64,000 bases of DNA from Catajapyx aquilonaris (Eukaryota), in contig JYFJ02000876.1 in assembly GCA_000934665.2 (NCBI GenBank), positions 1 through 64,000 on the forward strand, written 5' to 3'. Shown one piece after another: positions 13,040 to 26,200 of the stretch. Within the stretch, counting starts at the first letter, position 1; every line of letters begins with the position of its first letter. A model generated the notes under the pieces. That model ran no database searches, was not told the origin of the DNA, and worked only from the letters and a program-made list of their open reading frames with translations. A program made the translations under genes and the position numbers.

Positions 13040-15934
13040 TCAACAATTTACTGTAGCCTACTTTATGAATCCGTAACACCCAATTTACCATTCATTTTTT
13101 TTGTTACTAAACATAAGCAGAAAATTGGTGGGTTTCACACGACTTTGTAGGTCTTTTCAGAAAATCTGGGTTAATTCCGACCAGGCAAAATAAACACGCA
13201 AGGAAATTGGGCGTGAAATGATCAGTAAACCCGCAGAACACCGGCGGGCTTCCAGACTCTTTTTAACATCTACAAGGTGTATATAAAATGGGGAGGTGAG
13301 ACCAACCCCTCTAATTATCACTGAAAAATTCCACTTCTGCGGAAAACTTTCCCTCTGTTAATTCTGACCTTGTTCATTGAGAGCACATACCCTCCAGCAC
13401 CACAAATCACCGATCAAAATATCCGCCTTCGTGTGTGTGTATCTGATAATAGCAGGTTAGAAACTAGCAGCTAACTACAAGTGTTTTTTTTTCAAACCGA
13501 TCACTGTTGTATTTTTCCCTTTTGTGGGGGATACACCGAAGAACGCTTTAAAAGCCACCTCCATTATGATAGCTAGTTACCTAAGGCGAGTAGCCCAACC
13601 CTATTCTCTCTCCTATATATATTTTTTATACATTATCTCTTGTGGGACATACGCCCTGTAATCAGGGCGCCACTCTTTACACCCTAGGAGGAACTTTACT
13701 ATGGTGTGACCAACATTTCTACACCATTAGTGGAGACCTTCGTGACTTCTTTTTTTTTGCATTTTTTTGTGTCACGTAAACTGGAAGGTTGTGGTTTGGA
13801 GCTGACAGGGATTCTGTGGGTGACCTTTTGACACACTGCTGCTGTGAGGGTGCTGGTGGTAGTTTTATGAGCCAACAGGAGCTGCTGATGGTGGTTTTAC
13901 CAATATTTTGCAAGTGGGCCACTTTTTCGCATAATAGCAAAACCTGTCACGTATCCACTGTTTTTTTTTTTTAAGAAGATTAAAGATCCGACCATCAATT
14001 TTAGCCAAATGTGACTCTTGATCTTTTTCACCTTGACATAACGAATATGACGAACCTGCTTAACGAACTTAACCTCGATGTCAGCATAGAAAAATTATGA
14101 TGCTGCAAGTATTTTCCATTATGCCATTACGGCATTTCGTCTTGTCTTTAACCTTTAATGTGACAACCCAATTAGTGTGCTAAAATTGCGACAAATAATT
14201 TTAGCTGGCTTATGATCCCATATTAACAATTTTCATCCCACTTAAACTGAAATATTAATTGAATTAATAGGTCATGCTCACTAAATTATTTCAAGTACAC
14301 TCACAAATTATTTAAGTAGAGAGTGGCTCTTAAATATCACCCAATTGGAAAGTAGTCGATGTCAAATATAATTTTTTGAGAGCTCCAACCCTTAAAATAT
14401 TCGTCACGCGAATTACACCACAATAACAATAGGGAATCAAGATCATCGTCCAATTTTTCCCTGTCACTACTTCTCGATCGCCAATTGATTTCCCAACGAT
14501 AAAATCGTCTGCACGCATCCATCACAGAGCATGTCAGGAAACTATGAATTAAAACATTGTCTGGCAGTTGCGAAAAGAAAAAAAAATCTGCACGCACCAT
14601 GCATGTAGAATATGGGTGCCAACAAGGCCGCAAAAGAGACCCCAGAAGAAAGAAAAAAAATTGGACAGGTCTGACCCCCCAGGAGCCAATTCGCCCTTGG
14701 TCAGCATATCTTCCAGCTAATCTTCACCTCGAGAGGGTTACCAGACACGAGACAGACGAAGGAGGAACTTTAGAGAAAAGCAGATGGTTACACAGTAACA
14801 TTTGAGACGGGCCATGACCCACAAAGGTGACCTTTGACCCTCACATGCAAAAGGGGATGATATGGAAAAGAGAGCCGGGGGTATAGGTGACACCTTTTAT
14901 CCCCGGAAAAAACTCTCAAAGGTGGTCCTCGTATAGTATAGCGTGTGTCTAAATAACACACGGCACGTCTCACGTTGTTTTCTGTCGTTTTCTCCCCCTT
15001 TCAAAGCTTTTAACGTGAAAGAAAAAGTCCCGCTAGATACAAACCGTGAGATTTCAATAAAATTAGGGAAATGAGCCGCATTTTAAATGACAGCTAGTGA
15101 AAGGTAAGGGAGAAAAAAAACAGTAAATTTGTGTGATTTTTTTACAAAAATTTTATTTTGAACTTATAGAAAAACCCTCGCTTCGCTCTCATAGCCACTC
15201 GCTTCGTTCACGAGTGTGGGCCGAATAATTGTTTCCCAATCGGGCCTACAGTGTGTGCCATATATAGACACGTGCCTGACGTACCTAACACTAAATTACC
15301 AGCAAATATTAAGTGACAAGGGCGCATTAGCATCCTCACTATACGATTACATAGAACTTGACCTTGTCGGAATAAAGCAATTCATACTACCCCCCGTATA
15401 TAATACGGCGAATTCAATTAGTTTCACAAATCATACATTTCCATAGGCGATTAAGCCTTTAGTCACGTCAGAAACTTGCAGACAAGGAAAATTGGCCCGC
15501 ATGCAAATGGGCATTGCCTTATAAGTATTATCTGTTGGCCTGAGGATAGTTTTCATAAAGCACTGGTAGTTTTTCTTACCTTCTGTGGGGAACGGTTGGG
15601 CTCCATTACCCAGAATTGCCCACGCCATGTTTTAGCCGCCAATCTCCTGTCACTTCAGAACCAAATTATTTTCGCACTTTGTATGTGCCTGACATGCTAG
15701 GTAATTCAGCACCTCTTTTTTGCTCAGTTTTATCACGCCTTTGTCTCCTAGTTTCGCCACATTGTTGGTAAAGTGGTAGCCATAATGTGTGTTTTTTTTT
15801 TAAATTTACATTTCAGACTCAGATATACCGGTACTGTACAGTAAAATTATTGGATACAATGAAATACTTTGAATGAATCGATGTATCGATGTTATATCCG
15901 GGGTTACTGCTTTTCTGCGATTTCGCCTCATGTG

Positions 15935-16075
15935 GCCAAGGATGACCTCGGAGGTCAAGTCCAATGTGCTAAAAACCTTCCCCGTTAAAAACTACCCCTA
16001 ATGATCACCCTGGGGCATACATCGAGGCGTCCGTATTGCTATGCATCGGGAACAAGGGGACATACGTTGTGAAAA
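15935..16075 (+). repeat. Dispersed repeat, copy 1 (copy 2 near 45699-45828)
   Basis: gatgacctcggaggtcaag(t/c)ccaatgtgct(a/t)aaaaccttccccgttaaaaactacccctaatgatcaccct is nearly identical at both sites. Confidence 0.85.
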
Positions 16076-19000
16076 AATACACACCACAACAACTCTTTAT
16101 TTATAATATGCCGGCGCGTTCCCAAAAAAATTACATGTGAAAAAACACACTCCATGTGTTACGACATACTGAATAAAAACTTGGTCGCACGCTGCTCATT
16201 ACTGAACCCACGTGGAGAGGTCACTCATGATTGACCCTTCTCACTTGTCATTTTTCGGGGGGTATACAAGCCGTGAAACGTGCACTAGGAGCCTTACCGC
16301 CAATTAGCGCGGATTCATTTCGCGGGAGGTGTCACAAGCAAAAGGAGTTTGATGATGCTGGAAGGCATCTCTTTAAAACTGTTTGGCTGGGAAGAAAAAC
16401 TTTTGAAGATATGGTCTCATTTCACTGTCAGCAAATTTGCATAATTAGCGAAATTAAATTGCTGTCCTGCACTGGTATGCAACCAGCCTGTAGCTATTTT
16501 TACCATAGCTGATACATTTTAATGGCATCATATGCAGTAGCAGCAGTTAAAAATGATTGCTTGACATTAACCGAAAAACTATTCACTATTTGCATATAGA
16601 TGAGGAATATGACACCAGCGGTTTACTGGTATGGCACACCGTTTATGGGTTCATGACTTATTCAGCACATTGAAAGTTGTTTCCTTACAGCCGGTTATCT
16701 TCTTTGGCGCCTTCGATCACGTAAATGACACTGACCTTTAAACGTTTTTTTTTTTTACCCTCTTCATGGACCATTATCTCAACCTGCTCCGCCAAAGAAA
16801 ACTTCAAGACAACCTTTTGAGCACGACCCCTTTGTTTTTAGTTCCTGATATTTCCAGATGAAAAAGACCCTTACATCTCTCCTTGTAATTAAAAAAAAAT
16901 CCGACACAAGATCATCAAAAGGTGTAAAATCGGCCAACAAGTAGCTATTGTTTTTCTCAGATAAAAGCACAATTTTATGCTTTCTTAGAAGCCATCTGCT
17001 TCACCCTGTACCTTACTGACTTTAAAACACACAAAAGACACGCCGCTTTTTTTTAAACATTCTTTTTCTGAGGAAGAGGGGAAATGAAGTCCATCGTTGC
17101 AACCGTTACTTCTAATAAATCTTAGGACCAGAGTCGTTATTCAAGATCACTCCTTCTTAAACACGTCATTAGTATTTTGTGTATAAATCTCACGCCTGGG
17201 ACAATCAATTAGACTTTCTCCCTTAGAAACAAAAGGGGCATATTTTTTCAAAAAAGCAGGGCGTCTCGATGGACCTTGGACACAAACGATTGTTGGTTTT
17301 TCTACCCAATCATTTTTGTCCAATATACCAATCAACAGGAAGGTGTGGTTCACCACTTTTTTTTCGACAGCTATTTTCTCCAACTTTTCCAAGGGGAAAA
17401 AATTATATGATGGTCCGGGGATGTCTAATAATCCAAATATGGTTTCTGAGTTATTTTGGAAATTTTTCGGTAACAATGGCGGCTTCTAGAATGAAATATT
17501 GGGTAGCTATTGGCTTGTTTGTCGGCAATATGTTTGAAAGGAGGTGAAAAGGGGGGCGGGATATAATATAAAGGTGGAGACAAGAGAATGACACGGGGGA
17601 AGACCTCGGGAGGCCACGGCAGGTGTTTGAGGAAATTTTTTCCCCCCCTTAAGGAACATCTGCCTCTCAAGCTGTCCTTTTCACAGTTCTGCAAAGTTTG
17701 GCCAAAATTTTAGGACAGTTGAAACTGGTTATATCTTGAGTAGTGCCAAAATTTTGATAAAATAATCAGCCGATTTACCACGTAGTATTATTCTTCAAGC
17801 ATAGATGGCGCACCCTGTCTGCACACTCCTGCCACCTTCAGACCGTGTGAGAGATTGCGATACTATCAGGTTGGACAAACATCAGACGAAGCCTATCTGA
17901 CCAGAATGTTGGCAATATTGATGTTTTCATATCAAAAGCCTCAGCTGTGTGATTATAGAAAATGAAAGGAACTGGCTCAAAATTTTTGTTTGCTATTTGG
18001 TAAGATCAAACAATGGGCTAACTACCCTGCTGGGGGTGTGAAACAGCAGTCCCTTTTATGCTTCCTTATCAGAGCAAACTCAGGGTGGTCCACTCAACCA
18101 CAAGATCCAATAGTGGTTGACAGAAGAATAAGCCAAAGCGTGGCTTCCCATTATAGTTTTTCCAGCACCTAAGATGAACCCAGATAAAACCAAGCAGCAT
18201 TTAACCTCCAATTAAGGCTCCAAAATTTCTGGGAGCTTAACAATTTTTTTTTCTTCTATTTTCTTAAACGGCTTCCTTCACCAACAGGGGGTGGTCATGA
18301 TATATGATTGATGAGTCTTCTACCTAGTCATTTATCACCTCAGCTTCTCTCTTTAAAAAAAAATCCTTCCGAAGAAGCCGACTATCGGGCCCCATCTGAC
18401 TCAATCGGTGCCGAAGACAAGGACCGATATAGAAACCGTCATTTGCTCTCTCGTAACTTGACGCCTAGTAGCTTCTTCTTTCTCCTCTATAATACGTTTA
18501 TGGCCGTAAACTTAAGTTGCAAGTCACTCTCAAGGTAAGAGACAGAGAAAGGCTCTTAACCTAAAGGACCTCTGAGGATGTGACTCGTCAATATTGAAAC
18601 GGGAGGAGCCTCTCCAAATATATTAGATTTACGAATCTATTTTTTCTCTCTATCTATCTATCTATAACAAGTGGAATTAAGAAGCTTCTTCTTTACTGTT
18701 TGAATAATTTACAATAAAATATGATTATTGCAGCACCAAACAGCAACAAACAGCTGGAGACTTCGACTTAAAGTGAGCGGTAAATAACCGGTATGCTACC
18801 AGTTATGCACCAGGACATATCGCACGACCAAATGTCCTGCTTATGAATACATCATGCCCATTTTATAGCATCCTTCACGCTCTTGTAGTTTATTGCTTGG
18901 CTTTCAAACCGTTAATAAACTCTCTGTTTGTTAGTTTTTTTTTCATGTGGACTTCATCAACAATAGGGGAGCCACACATGCACATATTCTCATTACCCAC

Positions 19001-20021
19001 ACAATTTTGGTGGGGCTGGTTTTTGAAACCTGAAAAGTGGTTGCTGGTGGTCCCTATAAAGAGACAAAAGGTCCTCAGTGGGAGAGGCATGAAGAGGTCA
19101 GATACCAGCAGCTGCATGTACTCAGACAAGCGTTGGATCTGGCTCAATTGTGCGTGAATCTTTTGTGGGTCTCTCTTCCACCTTTCTGGTCGCATATTTT
19201 GGACCGTCCTGTTGGGTATACATATAGGCAAGGTCAGGCGATAACCCAGCTTCCGTTTCCTACATATTTTTTTTAATAACACAAAAATTCGGTTAAAAAA
19301 TATTTGGACCTGTCTGCATACACTTTCCAGTCGGCTTCTCTTAGATTTTAATACCGACCTTGGCCTGTTTTTTTCTCTCTCTCTTCTCCATCCCCCCCTC
19401 TGCCTTCCAGAAAAGAGACTTTTCTTTAAAATTCAAGAACCTTGAGAGTCTCCTTTGAGGAAATAGTCCTTGAGGCGAGAACAAATATTTGCTGGATCAT
19501 TGGATCCGGCGCACAAATTGCTGCTGACAAAAGTTGATCGCCTGAAAAGGTTGGGAATATAATATGCAATTTAGCGTGCCCCCAAAATGTAGGTTAGTTG
19601 AGGAAATCGGGGCCCAAATTTGACGGTTAAGATTTTTTTGGGTGTTGTCATGCTCAAGAGAGATAGACCCTGCTTTTTTTTTCCTTTACCCTTCTGTTAA
19701 GTGCTTGCAATGACCTTTGTTTTTATGTACAATTACCGCCTATAAGATGGAAGCAGTTTCTAACTTACACAATAAAATCCAGCATAAAATTATCATGAAG
19801 TATGTGATATTTCATAATTTTAATAATTTTATTAATGTTATCTCACCCCAAAAAAAGGTTATGCCCTCGTAAGGGGCTACATAATAAATAAATAAAAAAT
19901 ATTAAGGTTATCCCAATATGAGAATACATTGGAGAGAATGGGCCATATTGCAATTGTATTAGCTGTAGATGATGTAACAATGAACATGTTACGAGAAAAA
20001 AATTGAGTGAAAGTGTATTTA

Positions 20022-20211
20022 TTACCCTTTCGAAAATTTTGGACATTTTCTCACCAAGCATTTATCAAATCCAAATCCCAATTTATTTGGTTCATTACTT
20101 ATTGCACCAATCATATTACGCTTTCGAAAATTTTAGACATTTTCCTATACCAAGCATTTTATCAAATCCAAAAAAACCAATTTATTTGGTTCATTACTTA
20201 TTGCACCAATC
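20022..20211. repeat. Tandem duplication, ~95 bp x2
   Basis: ctttcgaaaatttt(g/a)gacattttc...ccaagcattt...ccaatttatttggttcattacttattgcaccaatc occurs twice; explains the repeated peptide in ORFs 20003 and 20007. Confidence 0.9.
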
Positions 20212-23200
20212 GACTCAAGCAAAAAAAAAAACAGTGTTTGTCACTTGCAAATGTTGAGTGCCGGTTGCCCACCCATCCAATTTATCACATGAAAAAAAAT
20301 TACAACATGTGGCGGTATGCCCTGCTTTTAAATGCACCAACTATTTCACTTTCAGTGACTGTGAATTCCACACGTGACGCCTCCCAAATTATTCATGTAA
20401 AGCACCCCCAGAAACCCGTTTTGGTGGGCGAGGATTCTCTTTGATTCAGTCGCGAAAGGGAAGGGCTTTTGCATCCTCTTTTCCCTTAGGGGCATTAAGG
20501 CTATAACTCCCCAAACTTTGCCTGGACCACATTAATTCTTCGAGAAAGCTACCAGGCTGCACCCCCACCAATATAACGCCTAGGAATAGGCACAAAAAAA
20601 CAGTTAAATTATCGTTGGTAGTAGGTGGAGTAGGCCTCACCCAAAGTCAATACCCTCACCATTTTATATATTCAGGCCCACCCGCCATTTCCTACTGATT
20701 GCCTAAAACCCAAACCAGGGCAGGGGCGAGATTCTGCAGGTAGTTGTCATTGGATGGACTCAGATTTATGAGTAAAAAAATTATTAATAACCACGCGGTT
20801 GGGTCCCACCCTGCGGCTTTACCGCGCCATCTTGGACGCTCCCGCGCGGCAACCAGGTTTTTCCTTATATCCGATCTGCCATCATCTATACGAATGTGAC
20901 AGAGACATCGTCACCCCCTGGACTGGTCACACCCCTTGCTTTGCCTTCCAAAATATCACATATCCCCCCTTATATAACCTGCTCCCTTATCTCCGGCGGT
21001 GATTTAGCGGGGAGTGCAAGAGAGAGCCAGTTTAGCTGGTCCTCCTGTCCACTCGTCCGAAATGCAACTGGTCAAGATAAGTGGTCTGCATCTGCAGGCT
21101 GCTTAAGGCGGTTGAAGAACAAAATCAGAGACTGATGAAGAGGGGGGAAAAAATTGTTCATCATGTAAATCTTTGTGAAAAATGAAAACCGCTGGTCATC
21201 ACAGTCATGCTGGCGTAACCAATAGGCTCTTCCTTTTAGTTACATCATACTGAAAAAAATCAGGTTACTAGGTCGAAAAAAACTTTGAAGAAACCAATTA
21301 TTTCCACTCTTCTACAGACCGTGCGTGAGATGTTGAACCCAAAATTTTGGGAAGGAACTTTTTCCCCTCAGCAAACTACACAAATATAGGAAAGTGACCA
21401 CCAAACATACGGACATAACTTGACCGCACCTTTTGTGGATTTTGTGTGTGGGGTTTTCCCACGAGAAAATTAAACTTCCTGACCTATACAGTATCCTTCC
21501 ACAAATCCGGGCATATCGATCCCTTTCTGAGGGGGTATAGGAACCCCTAAATATCAGATGGTTTCTACCCATTCACAGACCTTTTCCACCCTAAAAATAT
21601 AATAGGGGTTTTTGGGGGTGAGAAACCTTTTTTTCTACCCCAAAAGTTCTCACCAGAATGTTTGCCCCTTTTTCAGCCCCCTCTTCCCTCGAATACCCCA
21701 AAAATGCATTCGAAATATGATCGACCCCCTAGACTAGACCAAACTTATATATGGGGAAAAGGGGGAAAGGTCAGGTGAGAAAATCTTCAGGATCTCTTCG
21801 GGCGGGTATAAGGATTACATCCTGGGTTTAAAATTAGGCATGGAAAATGGAGAGGAGGTTTTCTGTGAGAAACCCTCTCATAAATATAACTGGTCATAAA
21901 ATGTCCCCAGATTTTTTTTGTGTATCCAAAAATCTGATGATGGTGATATATTATGGACACGATATAGCGTTTAGCGTGTAAAATGACATTTTTTTCAGTG
22001 CTAGGAATATGTGCATTACGTATGCATTTAGTTAAAAAAAATTCAATATTTCCACTTCTTTAATAATGGAAATTCACCGAGACTGTACAAGAATACTGTA
22101 ATTAAAATTTTTCTTATCAAATTCAATGATATGGAATTGTTCTCTCTAGGATGAGTATTTTCTGACAATATTGCCATTTCCATAACCTGTTCGTGTAAGC
22201 TAACTTTGCACCGAGCTCTGAAAATCAATTTACATGTTTCAATATACCCAAAGTTCGTGGCCTACATTGTTGTTCACACGTGCTTCAATTAATTACGGCT
22301 TTTCACTCTTGGTACGGAACATCAAGGAACCGAAACGGATATTCCCAAAGCGATAATATCTACGTGTGCGAAGCCTCGTTTGATCTCTAAAACGAAAAAC
22401 CTTATGAAACGGCGTTGGTTCCATTGTTGTCGACGGAAATTATCTGGAAGCTCGAAGCTAAGTGGAAGGTGAAAAGATTATTAATTACTACTCCATGACT
22501 GTTGGGGTTGGGAAACTGCCGCGTTACACATTAATAACCGTCCAGTGGTATTTTGGAACCTTTGGCGGAAACAAAAAAAGGAGCTTCATAATCCAGCTAA
22601 ACCATAATTGGGAACGTCCTTGAATCGGATTCTTTTACTGGAAGTCTAACCCAATCATGCCGCCTGCATTTTTCAGTTAACTAATTTTTTTTCTTCTTAC
22701 TTACCAATCATGACTTGACAATAATTGTTGGCCTATTGTTTTGCCAGAGACTGTTCACTAAAATATAGACACATGCAAACAACAATGTTCTATTGAATTA
22801 TTCACTTGTCACATAATGATCATAATTATTATTTTGCTGCAAATGATGATGACAATAATAATTTTGGTTGATGTTTACCTCTCTACAATTTATTTTATTT
22901 TATAGGCTCTATATGACACAATGGAGTTCACATTTTAAAAAATTAACACCATTAGGATCAATATATTCTGAACGGTATTTATTGACTAATTTATACCGCA
23001 TGAAATTAAACTAATTCTTCGTAACAAGACAAATGGGTGAACTAATTTCAACGAGCTGCTTAATTTGGGCCAATTTTACAGATTTACTGCAAATAACTCG
23101 TGGCTTTATAACAGTTTACAAAAAAAAAAAAAACTGGCTTGATTTTTCGATTTACCATCAAATTAACGGTGCTTCGTCACAAGTTTTTCAATCGGTTTTT

Positions 23201-26200
23201 GTCAGTAATGAGAAGGTGAGCACACTAATTTTTTTTTCTTTTCAAAGTTCCGTTACACGGTGTATGAGTGAAGCTCAAAGTTTCCAAACATGACATCATA
23301 AGCAGCCTTGTAAATATTAACCGCTTCCCTTTCCATCCACTTTACTCTGAGGATGCCAAAGAAATGGAATCCAGTTATTAACCACGCCTTTAGCCATCGT
23401 TTAACCGCCCTTAATTTATCGGCCCACCAAAAACTTCCCTATACCTCCGTATCAGTTATAAAACCTAATTGAGTTAGGAAAAATAATCTTCACCTGTCCT
23501 ATTACAGCCTATTTTACGATGTGAACTGTTACAAGGAAGAAGCATCAGCATAGTTGGAGAGAGAGAAAAAAATAGTGATGTGCTTTTTATCTCGTCTTTT
23601 CCATTTGAGTTACCTGATCTTTCCAACACTTCGTCTTAATGCCCTGAAACAATTTCAGATTAACCAACCTGTATTATGCAACCCCACCCACATTTTCAAG
23701 TGTGTCAGAAAACAGCACTTTTATTAGAAACTGCAAGTACTTTTACACTTGTAAAGTAATTGGCATGTATCCTGCAATATATGAAACCATTTGTGCCCAT
23801 AATTATTTCAATAAGGTGTGGCTGTGGAGTTAATAAACACCCTGTATTTTATTGTACTGTCTGGCACCATCCACATTAAAATAAACACATAACGATCACC
23901 AAGTGAAGCATGTAATGAACACGTATGTCCTCAGGGGGGGTGGGCACCAAGATTAAGAGCTCATTCCGATCCAATACGAACCAACAATGGTTGAATAGCT
24001 GACCATGGGTGTGCTCATGCTCCATGTGTGGTCAACTCTAGATCTTTTAATAAGAGGCTGCCAACATATCCAGCAGCGAGAGTTAACCCTTTGACCAAAA
24101 AAAAAGGTCCACTGATTAAAACGTACCTGTTGGCAAACATCACTTAGCCAGCTAATAAAGCGTATCATTTTTATTGTTGAATAAATATCACGTGTCGTGG
24201 GGGTGGCACACTGAGGAAAGGATATTATTGTTAGGTTCTTGGAGGGTGGGCTGATCTCTGAACATTAATTAACTGCTGGTTAATTGCTGGGTTTTAATTG
24301 CCCTGTGGGAGGAAGGCGGATTAGTCCTGAAAAGTCCTGAGGGATTGCCACGTGCCGCTAGATGATTCAGATATCAAGTTTGCATAATAATTGAAAATGA
24401 CATGATTTTTTTTTGTCTATGTACTGTACGTATACAGTACGTGTATAAACCATAACGCAATATTTATTTAAAACAATCTATTAGCAGGTGTTTGCACCAC
24501 CTGGGGACAACTTTCACGTCAATATGACCTCTAGTGTAGGACATGGCCTGGGCTAAGTTCCAACATTAAATCAGTGCAAGGTTCAGATACCGAAGTTACA
24601 ATTATACAAAAAAAATGGCAATGACGACATTAGGACGACACTTACCGGTTATCCCTAATCTTAAAACCTAGTTCACACGAAGTGACGCAACAGAAGCGGA
24701 TTAAGATCAAATTTCTTGATGTATGGCGCGACAAACTGCAAGGTTGCATATTAACGAACCATTGGGCGTCGATAAAAATCACCGGGTTTGAAACTGGGCT
24801 AACCGATTTATACAAATTATCCGTGGGAAACAGGCTGACGCTAAGTGGTCGTTAACTCTCATATTGTGAAAGCCTCTCGATCAGTTTTAGTAGTGGATCT
24901 CGTAAGGCACCTGAAAAAAAAATCGGATCCTATCAATCATTTAAAAAAAAAACCTGCTCTTTGGTTCCCATGCTATTGAAAGGTGCAAACTCAACAAGGT
25001 GATGGTGAAAGTGCTGGGACAATTCCCATCGCAACCTAATAAGTGCATAGAGAGACAACAATGCGTTAAGACAGTGGATTAATTATTAACCTTGATTCCC
25101 TCATATCGTAATGAATTGAAATTGTGGGGGGTTCCAGAAGGTCATTGAAGGACTTTTAAAAATGGCATCTCATTTGAATTCTTTTGTCTGAAAGACGGTA
25201 CGAGTCATTTTTTTCCGCCCACATAAGTCTAGACCATTTGCAAACTCTGGCTGGAAAATTATGGCAAATAAATAAATATTATATATCAACAATCTACTAG
25301 TCACCCAGGAATATTTATCGTTATTTCCCAATGGTACATATCGATATATTGAAGAAGAAAAATCAATTCTGGGGCTAGTTTTTTAAAAGCATTTTTAGAA
25401 CATTAATTTACAGTAGTTGTTTCTTAAGTAGTTAAATGGCATGAGATTTTCGCCACAATAAACAAACCGCAAAGTTGAATCTTAATCCGAATTTATAGGG
25501 TCCCCTCTCTGGTGCCGGTCCCCACGTGCCTACAGGCTGACCCAAAAAGTGACGGAATTTTTGTTAACTGACAAACCCGGCCAATCCTTCTTTTTTTTTT
25601 GACACGAAGGCATTTCCTTCATTAAAACACGTTTTTGTTAGCATGCAGGGTTATATAGATACAAACACATTTTGTGAGACAAAAACGCGATCATCCTGAC
25701 TGGTTCCGAAGCCCAGGAAAAGACGACCTTCGTCGCAACCGTGTTCTTCAGAACACGAGGATCTCAGCATGAGGCATGATGAATGAATCTCTTCTGTTCC
25801 TTTTTTTTCCTCTCTCTCTCTCTCAATCTCAGTATGCAACTCGCATGTAACAGACGTGCTTCTGTAATGACCATGCCAACCTCCTATCATTACCAAGACG
25901 CAATGGCACGAGACAAGTCTCAGCAACAGGTTCGGAATCCATTATGACCTTTATTTTTTTTTCTCCTACTATTATTATCATTATTCTGACTACTTTCAAT
26001 CACTCTAGAGTAGGTGTGAGTTCCCATGTATTGCTGATAATTATGGAGAAGGTAAAAAAAGTGTGTGATGTGACTGGGGGGTCTGTCATTTCAAATCTTA
26101 CTGTACATCGATGTACTTTTTTTTACATAATTTTTGGAGCATGGATAAATTATCTAGGGTACAGAATAAAAACATTAAAAAAAAATTATGGTGCGAGTTT

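Noticed and set aside
19037..19276. ORF with coding-like middle (ERHEEVRYQQLHVLRQALDLAQL)
   Set aside because: No convincing splice sites or family motif; cannot be supported
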